A stretch of DNA of 17,539 bases. Source: a virus. Below the pieces are notes generated by a model. That model worked only from the letters and a program-made list of their open reading frames with translations. It ran no database searches and was not told the origin of the DNA. The stretch is from the IMG/VR virus record IMGVR_UViG_3300045988_168756; one strand, 5' to 3'. Of the stretch, positions 4,827 through 13,218 are shown in pieces. The position numbers and the translations under genes are program-made. Positions within the stretch are counted from its first letter, which is position 1. Each line of letters opens with the position of its first letter.

Positions 4827-6142
4827 TAAGCTATCCCTCCCTTAAGAGCAACATTTTCGATGTACATAATTACGGGGGCTTTTATGATGTGTAAATCGTT
4901 TTCTGTTGTAACGTTTAACACATTTACGTTAAAGTCAACTTCCAATAAATTATGTTCCACGCTTTCCAGATAATTTCTGGAAACTGTTTGATAAGTTCCG
5001 CTGTTGCTTAATTCTGGTGCCACAATAGCGTTGATTAAATCTATGCGCTTCGCAGTAACAGGAAGGTCTGCTTTGATAAGATATGGAACAGTGCCTTCTG
5101 TAACTTCTGGCGCGTCATACGTTCCAGCAATTTTAAACTTTCTTTTGAAACCATTTGCTGAACGCTCTATCGTTTGTATATTATTTGTATCAAAAATCTG
5201 TATAGAACTTCTGTCCCAGAAATAAGCGGTTACGTTATACTTTTTGTAGTCAGCATCGTTAAACTGTAAAATGTTATCTCGTTCACTTGCAGTAAGGCAC
5301 ATTTCATTATCCATGCTGGCAACATCTTCGACCGCTGTCTGAATTCTTCCCCATTCGCCTGTCATGGGATTGTAAATAAGATGCTTGTATTTTTTGTACA
5401 TGATTCGATAAGCCTGAACATCAAAATCAATCGCGGTCATGTACAATTGCTGGAAGTTAGTACCAACGTTTCCAAAAGCTTCAAACCATTCATCAAACTG
5501 CGCCGCTGTGATTGCGTGTACTCTCAAAGCATTCCACACATCTGTAACGGTATTTCCCACATGGTCACGCAATCCCGTTGTCGGATTATCAATTCGAAAT
5601 CCGTCTTCATTTATTTCGTCCACTTCCAGCCGAAGTTTGTCTAATTCTTCTTGCACCCATGCGCGTGTGCGTTCTATGCTGGAATCAACATAAGCAGTTA
5701 AATTCTGCTTCATAATATCCATATCCGCATAGATTTTTACAACATCGCTTGCGTGTTTGTCGCGAATATCCTTGAAATTAGTATCTACGTAAGTACGTAA
5801 ATCGGTTATCATTCCCTCGATTCGCACAACGTCTTTAAGATGTTCATTCCAGTAAAACGTATCTTGCTGGTCTACATACGTACGTAATTCTGCAAGTGTT
5901 CTGTCGTGATAATCTCTTAACTGGTCAATCACAGCTGTGAGTTCTACACGTAAAGCATCAATCGCCTTGTCTGTGTATTCCTCATAATTCGTCTGTAAAT
6001 CTTCCAGATACTGCACAATCACGTTTACGTTGTACAGGATTTTTCCGAGATTTTCCTCAAAAGAAATTGACCAGTCCCACGCCGATGGAAGAGAAAGCCA
6101 CGATGGAGGATTGCACACTTTTTTAGGTTTTTCGATATCCAT
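4826..6142 (-). CDS. Structural protein, putative appendage or fibre-anchoring protein (phi29 gp12 position)
   Basis: 438 aa with AAGGGAGG 7 nt upstream of the ATG. The N-terminal half is helical and carries repeated LRTYVD / LTAYVD motifs. The call rests on synteny only, since it lies between the lower collar candidate and the fibres. Confidence 0.4.
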   Translation of the reverse strand: MDIEKPKKVCNPPSWLSLPSAWDWSISFEENLGKILYNVNVIVQYLEDLQTNYEEYTDKAIDALRVELTAVIDQLRDYHDRTLAELRTYVDQQDTFYWNEHLKDVVRIEGMITDLRTYVDTNFKDIRDKHASDVVKIYADMDIMKQNLTAYVDSSIERTRAWVQEELDKLRLEVDEINEDGFRIDNPTTGLRDHVGNTVTDVWNALRVHAITAAQFDEWFEAFGNVGTNFQQLYMTAIDFDVQAYRIMYKKYKHLIYNPMTGEWGRIQTAVEDVASMDNEMCLTASERDNILQFNDADYKKYNVTAYFWDRSSIQIFDTNNIQTIERSANGFKRKFKIAGTYDAPEVTEGTVPYLIKADLPVTAKRIDLINAIVAPELSNSGTYQTVSRNYLESVEHNLLEVDFNVNVLNVTTENDLHIIKAPVIMYIENVALKGGIA

Positions 6143-6157
6143 ATTATTACCTCCCTT

Positions 6158-6889
6158 CTAAAATGTAAAAATTTTGAGAAACAGTCCACGGCTTACCTCT
6201 CTCACCATTTCCCCAATCACATCAGGTAACGTGTCTCGGTTTCGCTTGAGTACTTCTCCTTGTGGAATAGTGAAGCCTTTATGAGTGACCGTTTCTGTCA
6301 AGTCCCGTTTACGTTCTCCCTTATCAGAGGAATTGGAATCACTACTTCCGCTACCATTGTCTGTTGTTATGTTAGTAGCGTAGTCCTCATTCCCTAAAGC
6401 ACTTTCCGGTGTGTCCTCATACACATTCTTGTTGGTGTTTGTTGCGCTGGTGTGCATGTTTCCAGAGTTTTCGGTATTTTCTCCCTCATTAACCGAGCGG
6501 CTAGTTTCGTCTGAAAATGAATTTAGCAAGTCAAAATCTTTCTGCATGATTTCGTAAAGTTTATTGTATCTCCATATTACGCGTCTTATGTTACCATTAA
6601 ATCGTAATAAAAACATCGTTACACTTTCGTACTCAATTTCTCGCATCAAATTGTCAGTACAAAAAAGCTGGAAGAAATCATCTTTCATTTGTTCAGAGAA
6701 GAACCGAATATTTTTGTCAATCATGCTCTTTTCGGCTGTTGCTATTCGTTCCCAAACAGGCACATCATATTCTGGTTTAAAGAAAGGGTATCTCCCTTCA
6801 CCAGCGTTTTGTTTAGCAAGAGCTTCGGGGTTTTTGTCCTGTGAATAATGATAAATTATGTCACGTAATGTTGTTGTATAATATGACAT
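6158..6889 (-). CDS. Lower collar protein candidate (phi29 gp11 position)
   Basis: 243 aa, immediately downstream of the connector gene and translationally coupled to it (TAATG overlap at 6889). The assignment is by synteny, not by a recognised motif. Confidence 0.5.
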   Translation of the reverse strand: MSYYTTTLRDIIYHYSQDKNPEALAKQNAGEGRYPFFKPEYDVPVWERIATAEKSMIDKNIRFFSEQMKDDFFQLFCTDNLMREIEYESVTMFLLRFNGNIRRVIWRYNKLYEIMQKDFDLLNSFSDETSRSVNEGENTENSGNMHTSATNTNKNVYEDTPESALGNEDYATNITTDNGSGSSDSNSSDKGERKRDLTETVTHKGFTIPQGEVLKRNRDTLPDVIGEMVREVSRGLFLKIFTF

Positions 6890-7848
6890 TATTCGTCACC
6901 CTCTTTCTCTTCTGTCTCGCCTGTCCCGTACCCCTCTCTATCAGAGGTATCGCTAGGCTGTAAAGTTCCATCAACTTTAGCAAGTGCATTTGCATCAAAT
7001 TCTACACTTATGTTAGTTCCAAACATTCGGTTGACTTGTTCTGCACCAATTTCTCGGCTTCTCAAAGCATTATTTCTGAATCCCATAATGTGCTCATTGT
7101 TTGCGTTACCCTCGTCTACAGTAAGATGTTCCGCCTTATACACGGAAATGTTGTTGTAACCTAGCAATGAAAGATATTCCCCAAGAATCGCCATTTTTGT
7201 TTTGTCAAGCGGCTCCGTAATAATTGGTGTACTTAAATCCAGAACTTCCGGTTTGTCAGTTTCAGAAATGAATTCGTCTGAATCATCGTAAAAAATATAC
7301 GGTAAACCGAGTTGCGTGTTATTAATCATTTGACGCATCGAATTCTCGTTGTCCTTGTTCGCACGAATAATTTTAGGTCTCATCTGCAAGGTAATATTTA
7401 CATCCTTTGCGAGTTCCACACGCGCCAACTTTTGCGCATAATATTCGATGATTGGTACAAACGGAGAATAGGTCGCATCATTAAATACCAAAACACTGTT
7501 ATCTTCATACCGTACAGTATGGTATCCGTTTGCCGTATTAACATGACGGATTCTGGGAATGTTGTAAATGTTAAATTTACCAGTGTTTGCGGAAGGAAGG
7601 GCTACCATGCCTATAACCGGGTTCTCAAAAAACAGACAATTTCCTTTCATAATTAGCGTCTGTTCTATCACTCGTTCTGAAACGGTATCAGGCAAATTAT
7701 TCCACTTAAAACGGCTAATCGCTAAAACGTATAGATATCTAAGATAATTCCAGTACGTCCAATCTCGATTTACACCGCTCATAATTTTCTGGTCATACCC
7801 TACGCCACACAGACCGAGCGGATCACGGCTTATACTGCGTCTTCCCAT
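6889..7848 (-). CDS. Connector / upper collar (portal) protein, phi29 gp10-like
   Basis: FKWNNLPDTVSERVIEQTL resembles phi29 gp10 FEWENLPPTINPSFLEKSI, and RPKIIRANKDNENSMRQMINN resembles [21 protein letters not shown] (from memory). Size (319 aa) and the acidic C-terminus also fit. Confidence 0.8.
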   Translation of the reverse strand: MGRRSISRDPLGLCGVGYDQKIMSGVNRDWTYWNYLRYLYVLAISRFKWNNLPDTVSERVIEQTLIMKGNCLFFENPVIGMVALPSANTGKFNIYNIPRIRHVNTANGYHTVRYEDNSVLVFNDATYSPFVPIIEYYAQKLARVELAKDVNITLQMRPKIIRANKDNENSMRQMINNTQLGLPYIFYDDSDEFISETDKPEVLDLSTPIITEPLDKTKMAILGEYLSLLGYNNISVYKAEHLTVDEGNANNEHIMGFRNNALRSREIGAEQVNRMFGTNISVEFDANALAKVDGTLQPSDTSDREGYGTGETEEKEGDE

Positions 7849-7863
7849 TTTTATCCCTCCTTT

Positions 7864-9549
7864 CTATTCATTGTTTCCATAAGTTCCTACGTTTTCATAA
7901 TCATGCCAAAACGTTACGCCATTTAAAAACATACTTCTTATGGTATCTAAATGCTCGTTTGGTATATTACCATAAATATTAACGGTATTACACCTAACAT
8001 AATTGAATCTAGGTCGATTGTTTAAGTACGGTATTCCGATTCGGTTAGACTTATATCCATATGCATCAAAATAGCTTTGCAGTTTTGAACGGAATTCCGG
8101 TTTAACAGTGTACGCTCTTATAATAACATCCAAAGAACCGTTAACTGCCATCAATACCGCTTCACTCCCACCGGAAGAATTGCCAGCAAGACCTATCGCA
8201 CTTTGCATCATGTCGATTTTTTGTCTGTCTCGCTCGGAAGCTTGGTGTTCCCTAACTGCGCTCTGGACCGCATTCGCAATTGCGTTAACAATTCCGCTTG
8301 CGTCACCCTGGTTTGAAACCGCCTGACCAATTCCACTTGCTAAACCGAAAATTGTACCGATAATATTATTGGTTCGATTTTGGCTGTGAACTAAATTATT
8401 TGTACTAACAGCTTGAGATTTAGACAAAATGAATTGGTTATTCTGCACAGGAAATGAGGGAAAACCTGAAAAGCTTGTTCCAGCGTTTAGTAAATCGCTG
8501 TTGTTTATGTTTCCGTCATAGTCATTTGCCGACGCTAATAGTGTACCATCTGGTATGGGACTTCCGGTGATGGTAATAGATAACGTTGCACCGTTTATTA
8601 ATTCCGGCTTTAAAACAACCTTGTTTCCAGACGGCATCACTATCTCAAAAAAGCTGTACGGGTAACAATATAATTTTTTCTGTGTGTACGCTGGTAACAT
8701 GGACTGCCAGTTGATATCAATTACACGTTTTCTAGGACTTGTATTTCCGTAGCACACACCGATTCTAAATCCCATGGCACTAGAAAATATCCCTTGTTTT
8801 GGAACGAAATCCGCTGGAAAAGGGAACACCGAAATGATAGATTGTGCAACCCATGCATAGTCAGATAAACTTGCAAAAATATCACGCAATGTTGACGTGT
8901 TTTCGTCTACAAAATAAATTCCAGCGGCAGATGGCAATCCGTTTATTTCGCATCCCGGCGCGCCTTTTATGATTATTTCGTCTTCTGTTCCACCAGAATG
9001 TACAAGGTCTGCGGTGGAAATTATTAAATAGGTGTTCACCTCTGACAACGAATCGAGAGTGTAAACGCTTTCTTGATTGATAACATAATCTCCATAATCC
9101 ACTGGTTCCACAACGGTATTATAATTGTAAGCATAACCTCGCGGTGCATGTTCACGGGCAATATCGCAATCACGTATTACTACATTATTAAAATACGTCT
9201 GCCACGCGTCTAAATGAAAGCGTATTAATGAGGTCTTAGGATTAACATACTCAATTGCGTCTACGTAACAGTACATCCAAATACCATTATACTGCGTGTT
9301 TCTAAACCGCATGTAGTTAGATGCAAGTAACGTTTCCGCATTGTAGTTAACCTGTAATGCCCTATGTTCGCGTATGTATTTAAACGTAAAATTTCCTGCA
9401 ATCACTTTACCGTCAAAATAGCTATCTCTAGCCGCTTCTGACGCAAAATAAAGCTGACGATTTTCCGCTACAGGAATATATCCTAAAAGCTGGAATACGT
9501 TTGATTGCATTGCTCTTGTTTCTACATCTGTCATAAATTCCATGTTCAT
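7864..9549 (-). CDS. Tail knob protein, phi29 gp9-like
   Basis: SNYMRFRNTQYNGIWMYCYVDAIEYVNPKTSLIRFHLDAWQTY resembles phi29 gp9 [43 protein letters not shown] (from memory). Its length is 561 aa versus about 600 aa in phi29. Confidence 0.8.
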   Translation of the reverse strand: MNMEFMTDVETRAMQSNVFQLLGYIPVAENRQLYFASEAARDSYFDGKVIAGNFTFKYIREHRALQVNYNAETLLASNYMRFRNTQYNGIWMYCYVDAIEYVNPKTSLIRFHLDAWQTYFNNVVIRDCDIAREHAPRGYAYNYNTVVEPVDYGDYVINQESVYTLDSLSEVNTYLIISTADLVHSGGTEDEIIIKGAPGCEINGLPSAAGIYFVDENTSTLRDIFASLSDYAWVAQSIISVFPFPADFVPKQGIFSSAMGFRIGVCYGNTSPRKRVIDINWQSMLPAYTQKKLYCYPYSFFEIVMPSGNKVVLKPELINGATLSITITGSPIPDGTLLASANDYDGNINNSDLLNAGTSFSGFPSFPVQNNQFILSKSQAVSTNNLVHSQNRTNNIIGTIFGLASGIGQAVSNQGDASGIVNAIANAVQSAVREHQASERDRQKIDMMQSAIGLAGNSSGGSEAVLMAVNGSLDVIIRAYTVKPEFRSKLQSYFDAYGYKSNRIGIPYLNNRPRFNYVRCNTVNIYGNIPNEHLDTIRSMFLNGVTFWHDYENVGTYGNNE

Positions 9550-9564
9550 GCACCGCCTTTATTT

Positions 9565-10848
9565 TCAGCCACCTGCCGCAGTCACTTTTTTCTCCCCATG
9601 TACGGAGTTATCGAGATACGGCGTAGCGTAAATAGTAAGAGCTCCTTTTTCTTCTGCGCCTACACTCAGCACGCCCTGATCATTCATACGTGTACTGGAA
9701 GATGTATTTCCGAGAACAGACCACATTACAGCCTGAGATGGGTTATTTGTTCCGGTTACTGTTGCCGTGTAAACAGAACTTCCACCAGGGGTGTAGGTGT
9801 CCGCACCAGCAATCGTTACACTGGTGACTGTCGGAAGAGCCGCAGTTGTAATCGCAATTGCATTGTGGAACGGAGAAAGGAAGTAAGTCTGCCATACATG
9901 CAACCAGTAATTCCAAGAGAGTTTTTCCCGGTCATAGAAATCGTTTGCTTCGAAAAGATTATCATAAATGTTCAAGAATTCTTCATCCGCAATGATAGCG
10001 ATAATTTCCGGGTGATTCGGAATCTCCGGAATCAGTGTTATTCTTCCAAGAAAACGTGCTTCATCCATATGGAACGCGTATGCTAAAGCCTGTACGCTGG
10101 TAACAGCATCTGCCTTTGGAGTAATAAAAAGACGCTGGTCTTCCAGAGACGTTGTATTCATAACTCCTGCCGCATTCATGGAACGAGTAGGAAAACGTAA
10201 TGTGTTAGACGCAATTCTAAGAGCGGTAAGAAAGCTCTTTGCACTTGCTTCATCGGTCGGTTCGTCGGCATGAACCAATTTAAACTTTCCGCTGTCAACA
10301 TAATCAACAAACAGAGCAAGTGTGTACGCGAATTCAGCAACATCATTACTGGTGTACATACCATTTATAACTCTGTCTACCAGAGACGCAACACCTTCTT
10401 CGGAATAAAAAGCGGCCTGTAAATCTCGTCTCCAAATGGTCTGTTTAAAATAGTCCTCCCGGTTACGGTTGTGGTAGGCAACTTTCAGGTCAGGCTTTTC
10501 AGTCTTTAACATTGCCCATGGATCGGTGTCCTCGCCATAAGCATGCGCTGTTGCAATGTCAACCCAGATATCCTCAATCGTATATCCATACGGTATCATA
10601 CCACGCTTTGCAAAACCGAAGGGATTCGTAAAGTACATTTTGTTGACTTTAGTGAAGGAAACCTTGTTCACCAGAAAGTCGAAGAACCGGTTCATTACAG
10701 GTTCATAATTCATCAACGTACCGCCGAACTCACGAATGTTCGTACTTACGGGTTCCGGCAAAAGTCCTTCATATTCTGTGCCAGCTAAACTTGCTCTAAA
10801 GTCCGCAAGCAATGCGGGAACATTTGATACTGCATTTTTTACTGCCAT
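9565..10848 (-). CDS. Major capsid protein with a C-terminal bacterial Ig-like (BIG2-type) domain, phi29 gp8-like
   Basis: 427 aa with AGGAGG upstream. It lies between the scaffold candidate and the tail knob. The C-terminal ~85 aa (VTSVTIAGADTYTPGGSSVYTATVTGTNNPSQAVMWSV...GVLSV) has the BIG2 pattern, the same architecture as phi29 gp8. Confidence 0.75.
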   Translation of the reverse strand: MAVKNAVSNVPALLADFRASLAGTEYEGLLPEPVSTNIREFGGTLMNYEPVMNRFFDFLVNKVSFTKVNKMYFTNPFGFAKRGMIPYGYTIEDIWVDIATAHAYGEDTDPWAMLKTEKPDLKVAYHNRNREDYFKQTIWRRDLQAAFYSEEGVASLVDRVINGMYTSNDVAEFAYTLALFVDYVDSGKFKLVHADEPTDEASAKSFLTALRIASNTLRFPTRSMNAAGVMNTTSLEDQRLFITPKADAVTSVQALAYAFHMDEARFLGRITLIPEIPNHPEIIAIIADEEFLNIYDNLFEANDFYDREKLSWNYWLHVWQTYFLSPFHNAIAITTAALPTVTSVTIAGADTYTPGGSSVYTATVTGTNNPSQAVMWSVLGNTSSSTRMNDQGVLSVGAEEKGALTIYATPYLDNSVHGEKKVTAAGG

Positions 10849-10862
10849 TTCTTAATCCTCCT

Positions 10863-11138
10863 TTAAAGGTTTAGATAGTCCTCAATCTTAATGGTTGGGA
10901 CTTCTTTCTTTTCTTCATTCTGCACAATATCGCTTATGACTTCTTCCTCAGCAACGCTGGGTTTTGTGAAGTCATTAATGTACTGTGCACGGATTCTGTC
11001 GCGGTCACGTTCCACTTCACTGTAATACGCCGCCGCTTCATTGATTGCGGAACCGATAAAAGTTTCGTCGTAGACTTCGCCTTCTTCCAGTTCTGTACCA
11101 GCTATCCGTCTTAGCATCCTCAAAAGCTTCTCATTCAT
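10863..11138 (-). CDS. Scaffolding protein candidate (phi29 gp7 position)
   Basis: I prefer ATG 11138 (MNEKLLRMLRR...), preceded by GGGAAGGAGAAAG, over the TTG-initiated 118-aa track ORF. The 91-aa product is helical and acidic and sits directly upstream of the capsid gene. Confidence 0.55.
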   Translation of the reverse strand: MNEKLLRMLRRIAGTELEEGEVYDETFIGSAINEAAAYYSEVERDRDRIRAQYINDFTKPSVAEEEVISDIVQNEEKKEVPTIKIEDYLNL

Positions 11139-11164
11139 GCGTCTTTCTCCTTCCCTTATTTCGT

Positions 11165-11270
11165 CAATCCCACATTTAAAGAAATAGGAGCGTCTAAAAA
11201 TCGAAATGCGGGATTGCAAGCCGGTATGGGACTGCCAGCGTATTACCGCTTTCCCTCAGCAGTCTACCAA
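11165..11270 (-). ncRNA. Candidate structured RNA (two adjacent large hairpins) in the ATPase-scaffold gap
   Basis: In the minus-strand transcript, hairpin I is UUGGUA-GACUGC (11270-11259) pairing with GCAGUC-cca-UACCGG (11235-11221), with an inner AGCG/CGCU stem around a GUAAUA loop. Hairpin II is CAAUCCCGCAUUU (11216-11204) pairing with AAAUGUGGGAUUG (11177-11165), 13 bp including one G-U. The G-U pairs exist only in the minus-sense RNA. No convincing ORF lies in the 163-nt gap. Confidence 0.4.
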
Positions 11271-11301
11271 AATTTAAACACTCCTACTCAATATAAGTGT
11301 A

Positions 11302-12357
11302 TCATAAATATGACAATATGTCAAGCATTTCTTTTTTGATATCCACATTTTCAAACCACGCTTTTCCGGCATTGTAATAACGCTTGAATGACATAGCCGT
11401 TTCGGAAAGCTGGGAGAGTAAATAGGTATCCTCAAAATGGGAGTTCGCATCAAACGCAAATTTAAGTTTGAATTTTTCGTTTGCTTTGCTGGAAAAATAA
11501 AGACAGTCCTTGTTTATCCAAACACCGATGTTTTCTGCGGTTCCTAAAACACCGTCGTTTATGGTTATCGTACAGTAGTAATATTTATCTTTGGTTTCCA
11601 ATTTCCGAACAAACGAATAGGTGTCAAGCATGTATTTATTTGACGATGCAAATTGTACGTAATTTGATTCACTAAAAGCGCGGTTGAAACCACTGGAAAG
11701 TAGGGCTTCTTTTGCGGCCTGATTCTCCGTTACTTCTAATACCCAACCATCGCCACGCAGAAATTTAGTGTCAGATTCCAAACGTTTCTGAATTCCCAAA
11801 GCCTTGTAATAAGGATTCAGAATGGAGACATTGTTTCCGCATAAAATGTTACGCACATATCTAGTCTGTTTTCCAAATCCTCTGGCAATGGAATTCTGGA
11901 TACTTATAAATTTAGAAATCTCATTTTCACAATAATGCTCAGTCTCAGACTGGAACTCGTCCATGAACCGATTTTCCACTTCTATAAAACGTGAGGAAAC
12001 CTTCTTTATTGTGTCGGCGTTATTAAGGAAGGTGGCAAAACCACATTCCGTGTCATTCAGATACAAAACTTTATAAGCACCTCTCATTTCAGACTTTGCG
12101 TGCATTTCAAAATCAGGAGGGTAAAGCTGCGCAATGTCACTAAAAAATGAATTCTCACAGTCAGACAACTCGTAGTTGTATCTGTATTGTAGCATAAATT
12201 TACGCTTATTATCGTTCAAAAAATCCTCAAAAATTGTGCGTTTTGCTGAGAACGTTTTTCCGGCTGTACGATTACCTGTTACAATAAATAATTCTGGTGT
12301 TTTACCATTCAGGTCTTTCTTGCTTAGCAATCTGGATATGTCATAGTACTTACCCAT
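11302..12357 (-). CDS. DNA encapsidation (packaging) ATPase, phi29 gp16-like
   Basis: 351 aa with Walker A GNRTAGKT near the N-terminus, a Walker B-like RFMDEF, and AAGGAGG upstream. Size matches gp16-type ATPases of small protein-primed podophages. Confidence 0.8.
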   Translation of the reverse strand: MGKYYDISRLLSKKDLNGKTPELFIVTGNRTAGKTFSAKRTIFEDFLNDNKRKFMLQYRYNYELSDCENSFFSDIAQLYPPDFEMHAKSEMRGAYKVLYLNDTECGFATFLNNADTIKKVSSRFIEVENRFMDEFQSETEHYCENEISKFISIQNSIARGFGKQTRYVRNILCGNNVSILNPYYKALGIQKRLESDTKFLRGDGWVLEVTENQAAKEALLSSGFNRAFSESNYVQFASSNKYMLDTYSFVRKLETKDKYYYCTITINDGVLGTAENIGVWINKDCLYFSSKANEKFKLKFAFDANSHFEDTYLLSQLSETAMSFKRYYNAGKAWFENVDIKKEMLDILSYL

Positions 12358-12379
12358 GTGTTCCTCCTTATATTAAAAT

Positions 12380-12399
12380 AGGGACGTTTTCACGCCCCT
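12380..12399 (-). terminator. Rho-independent terminator candidate after the early/replication genes
   Basis: In the minus-strand RNA, AGGGGCG-ugaaaa-CGUCCCU forms 7 bp including one G-U, which would be an A-C mismatch in plus-sense RNA. AUUUUAAUAU follows. It lies between the p5-like gene stop (12429) and the ATPase RBS. Confidence 0.5.
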
Positions 12400-12428
12400 A
12401 ATAATTGCAGATATATAAAAATGTGTTT

Positions 12429-12776
12429 TTAGATAGCTTTAAGCTGTAAAAATTCTCTGTCTGATTTAGATGTGCCCGACGCAATCTGTACCCTGATAGG
12501 GTGTTCTGCGCTAGGTTCTCCAAAAATGTCTACAAGATTCTGAACACAATCGTTTACCGTAGGGGACATAGTTGTGTACATTTCTCCTTCTGCCGTAAAC
12601 AGTACGGTGCATACTCCCAGTTCCGGTTCCTTTGTGTTCTTTCTCTCGGTTTCGTACTGCACGATATCAGTTACGGAAAACTCATCGCCCACAAAGTCTT
12701 GCATCTGTTTACCGTTTACAGTACGCGCATTGTAAAGCATCATTTTGTCGGTAGTGGTGTTAATTAAATCTCTCAT
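12429..12776 (-). CDS. Single-stranded DNA-binding protein, phi29 p5-like
   Basis: 115 aa. LYNARTVNGKQMQD resembles p5 IFNAQTGGGQSFKN. VLFTAEGEMYTTMSPTVNDCVQNLVDIF resembles TIFAADGSLYSAISKTVAEAASDLIDLV. IRVQIASGTSKSDREFLQL resembles FKVKVVQGTSSKGNVFFSLQL. All phi29 sequences are recalled from memory. Confidence 0.65.
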   Translation of the reverse strand: MRDLINTTTDKMMLYNARTVNGKQMQDFVGDEFSVTDIVQYETERKNTKEPELGVCTVLFTAEGEMYTTMSPTVNDCVQNLVDIFGEPSAEHPIRVQIASGTSKSDREFLQLKAI

Positions 12777-12823
12777 TTTATTTTCTCTCCTTATTTGTCA
12801 TATTCATTAACATTGATAACTGA

Positions 12824-13126
12824 TTATTCCGTTACGCCGAAAGCTTCCTTAATTTCTGCGTCTCCATCTGGTACAACAAAAGAATTCTTAATAAAATCTT
12901 CTTCGCTCATGGCTCTTGTCTCTTCTACTGTTGCTGTTCCAAGACAGATAAGCTTGCCCTCATGTTCAGGCCACTTTGCTGTTGCTTCTTTAAGGATTTT
13001 CTTTGTGTCCCCCAGCTTCTTTCCGGTAATCTTTTCAGGAAGGGTTACAACCTGACCTGACTGCGTATCAAAATACGCGATTGTAGCTTCTGTGATTTTG
13101 AATGTTCTGGTGATATGACCTCTCAT
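12824..13126 (-). CDS. Histone-like double-stranded DNA-binding protein candidate, phi29 p6-like
   Basis: 100 aa versus about 104 aa for p6. ITRTFKITEATIAYFDTQSGQVVTLPEKITGK resembles p6 ITKTTVNVAKMVMVDGEVQVEQLPSETFVGN. It also has a similar acidic C-terminus and lies adjacent to the p5-like gene. The similarity is weak and recalled from memory. Confidence 0.45.
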   Translation of the reverse strand: MRGHITRTFKITEATIAYFDTQSGQVVTLPEKITGKKLGDTKKILKEATAKWPEHEGKLICLGTATVEETRAMSEEDFIKNSFVVPDGDAEIKEAFGVTE

Positions 13127-13188
13127 ATTCTCACCTCTCCTTTCATGTACCTATTGTTTCGTTTTGGTCTATTAACTTGTTACAATTC

Positions 13189-13218
13189 ATTATACCATGT
13201 TTTACTGTATTTTGTCAA
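13189..13218 (-). promoter_or_regulatory. Internal consensus promoter for the p6-like / p5-like genes
   Basis: On the minus strand: TTGACA (13218-13213, inside the last codons of the polymerase gene), 18-nt spacer, TATAAT (13194-13189) preceded by TGg. It lies about 60 nt upstream of ATG 13126. Confidence 0.65.

Noticed and set aside
11139-11219. N-terminal extension of the scaffold ORF to a 118-aa product
   Set aside because: It starts on TTG with no RBS. The extension coincides with the two large hairpins, and the ATG at 11138 has a strong RBS.
11274-11459. 61-aa minus-strand ORF nested at the 3' end of the ATPase gene
   Set aside because: It lies out of frame inside a well-supported CDS, with no RBS and no recognisable sequence.
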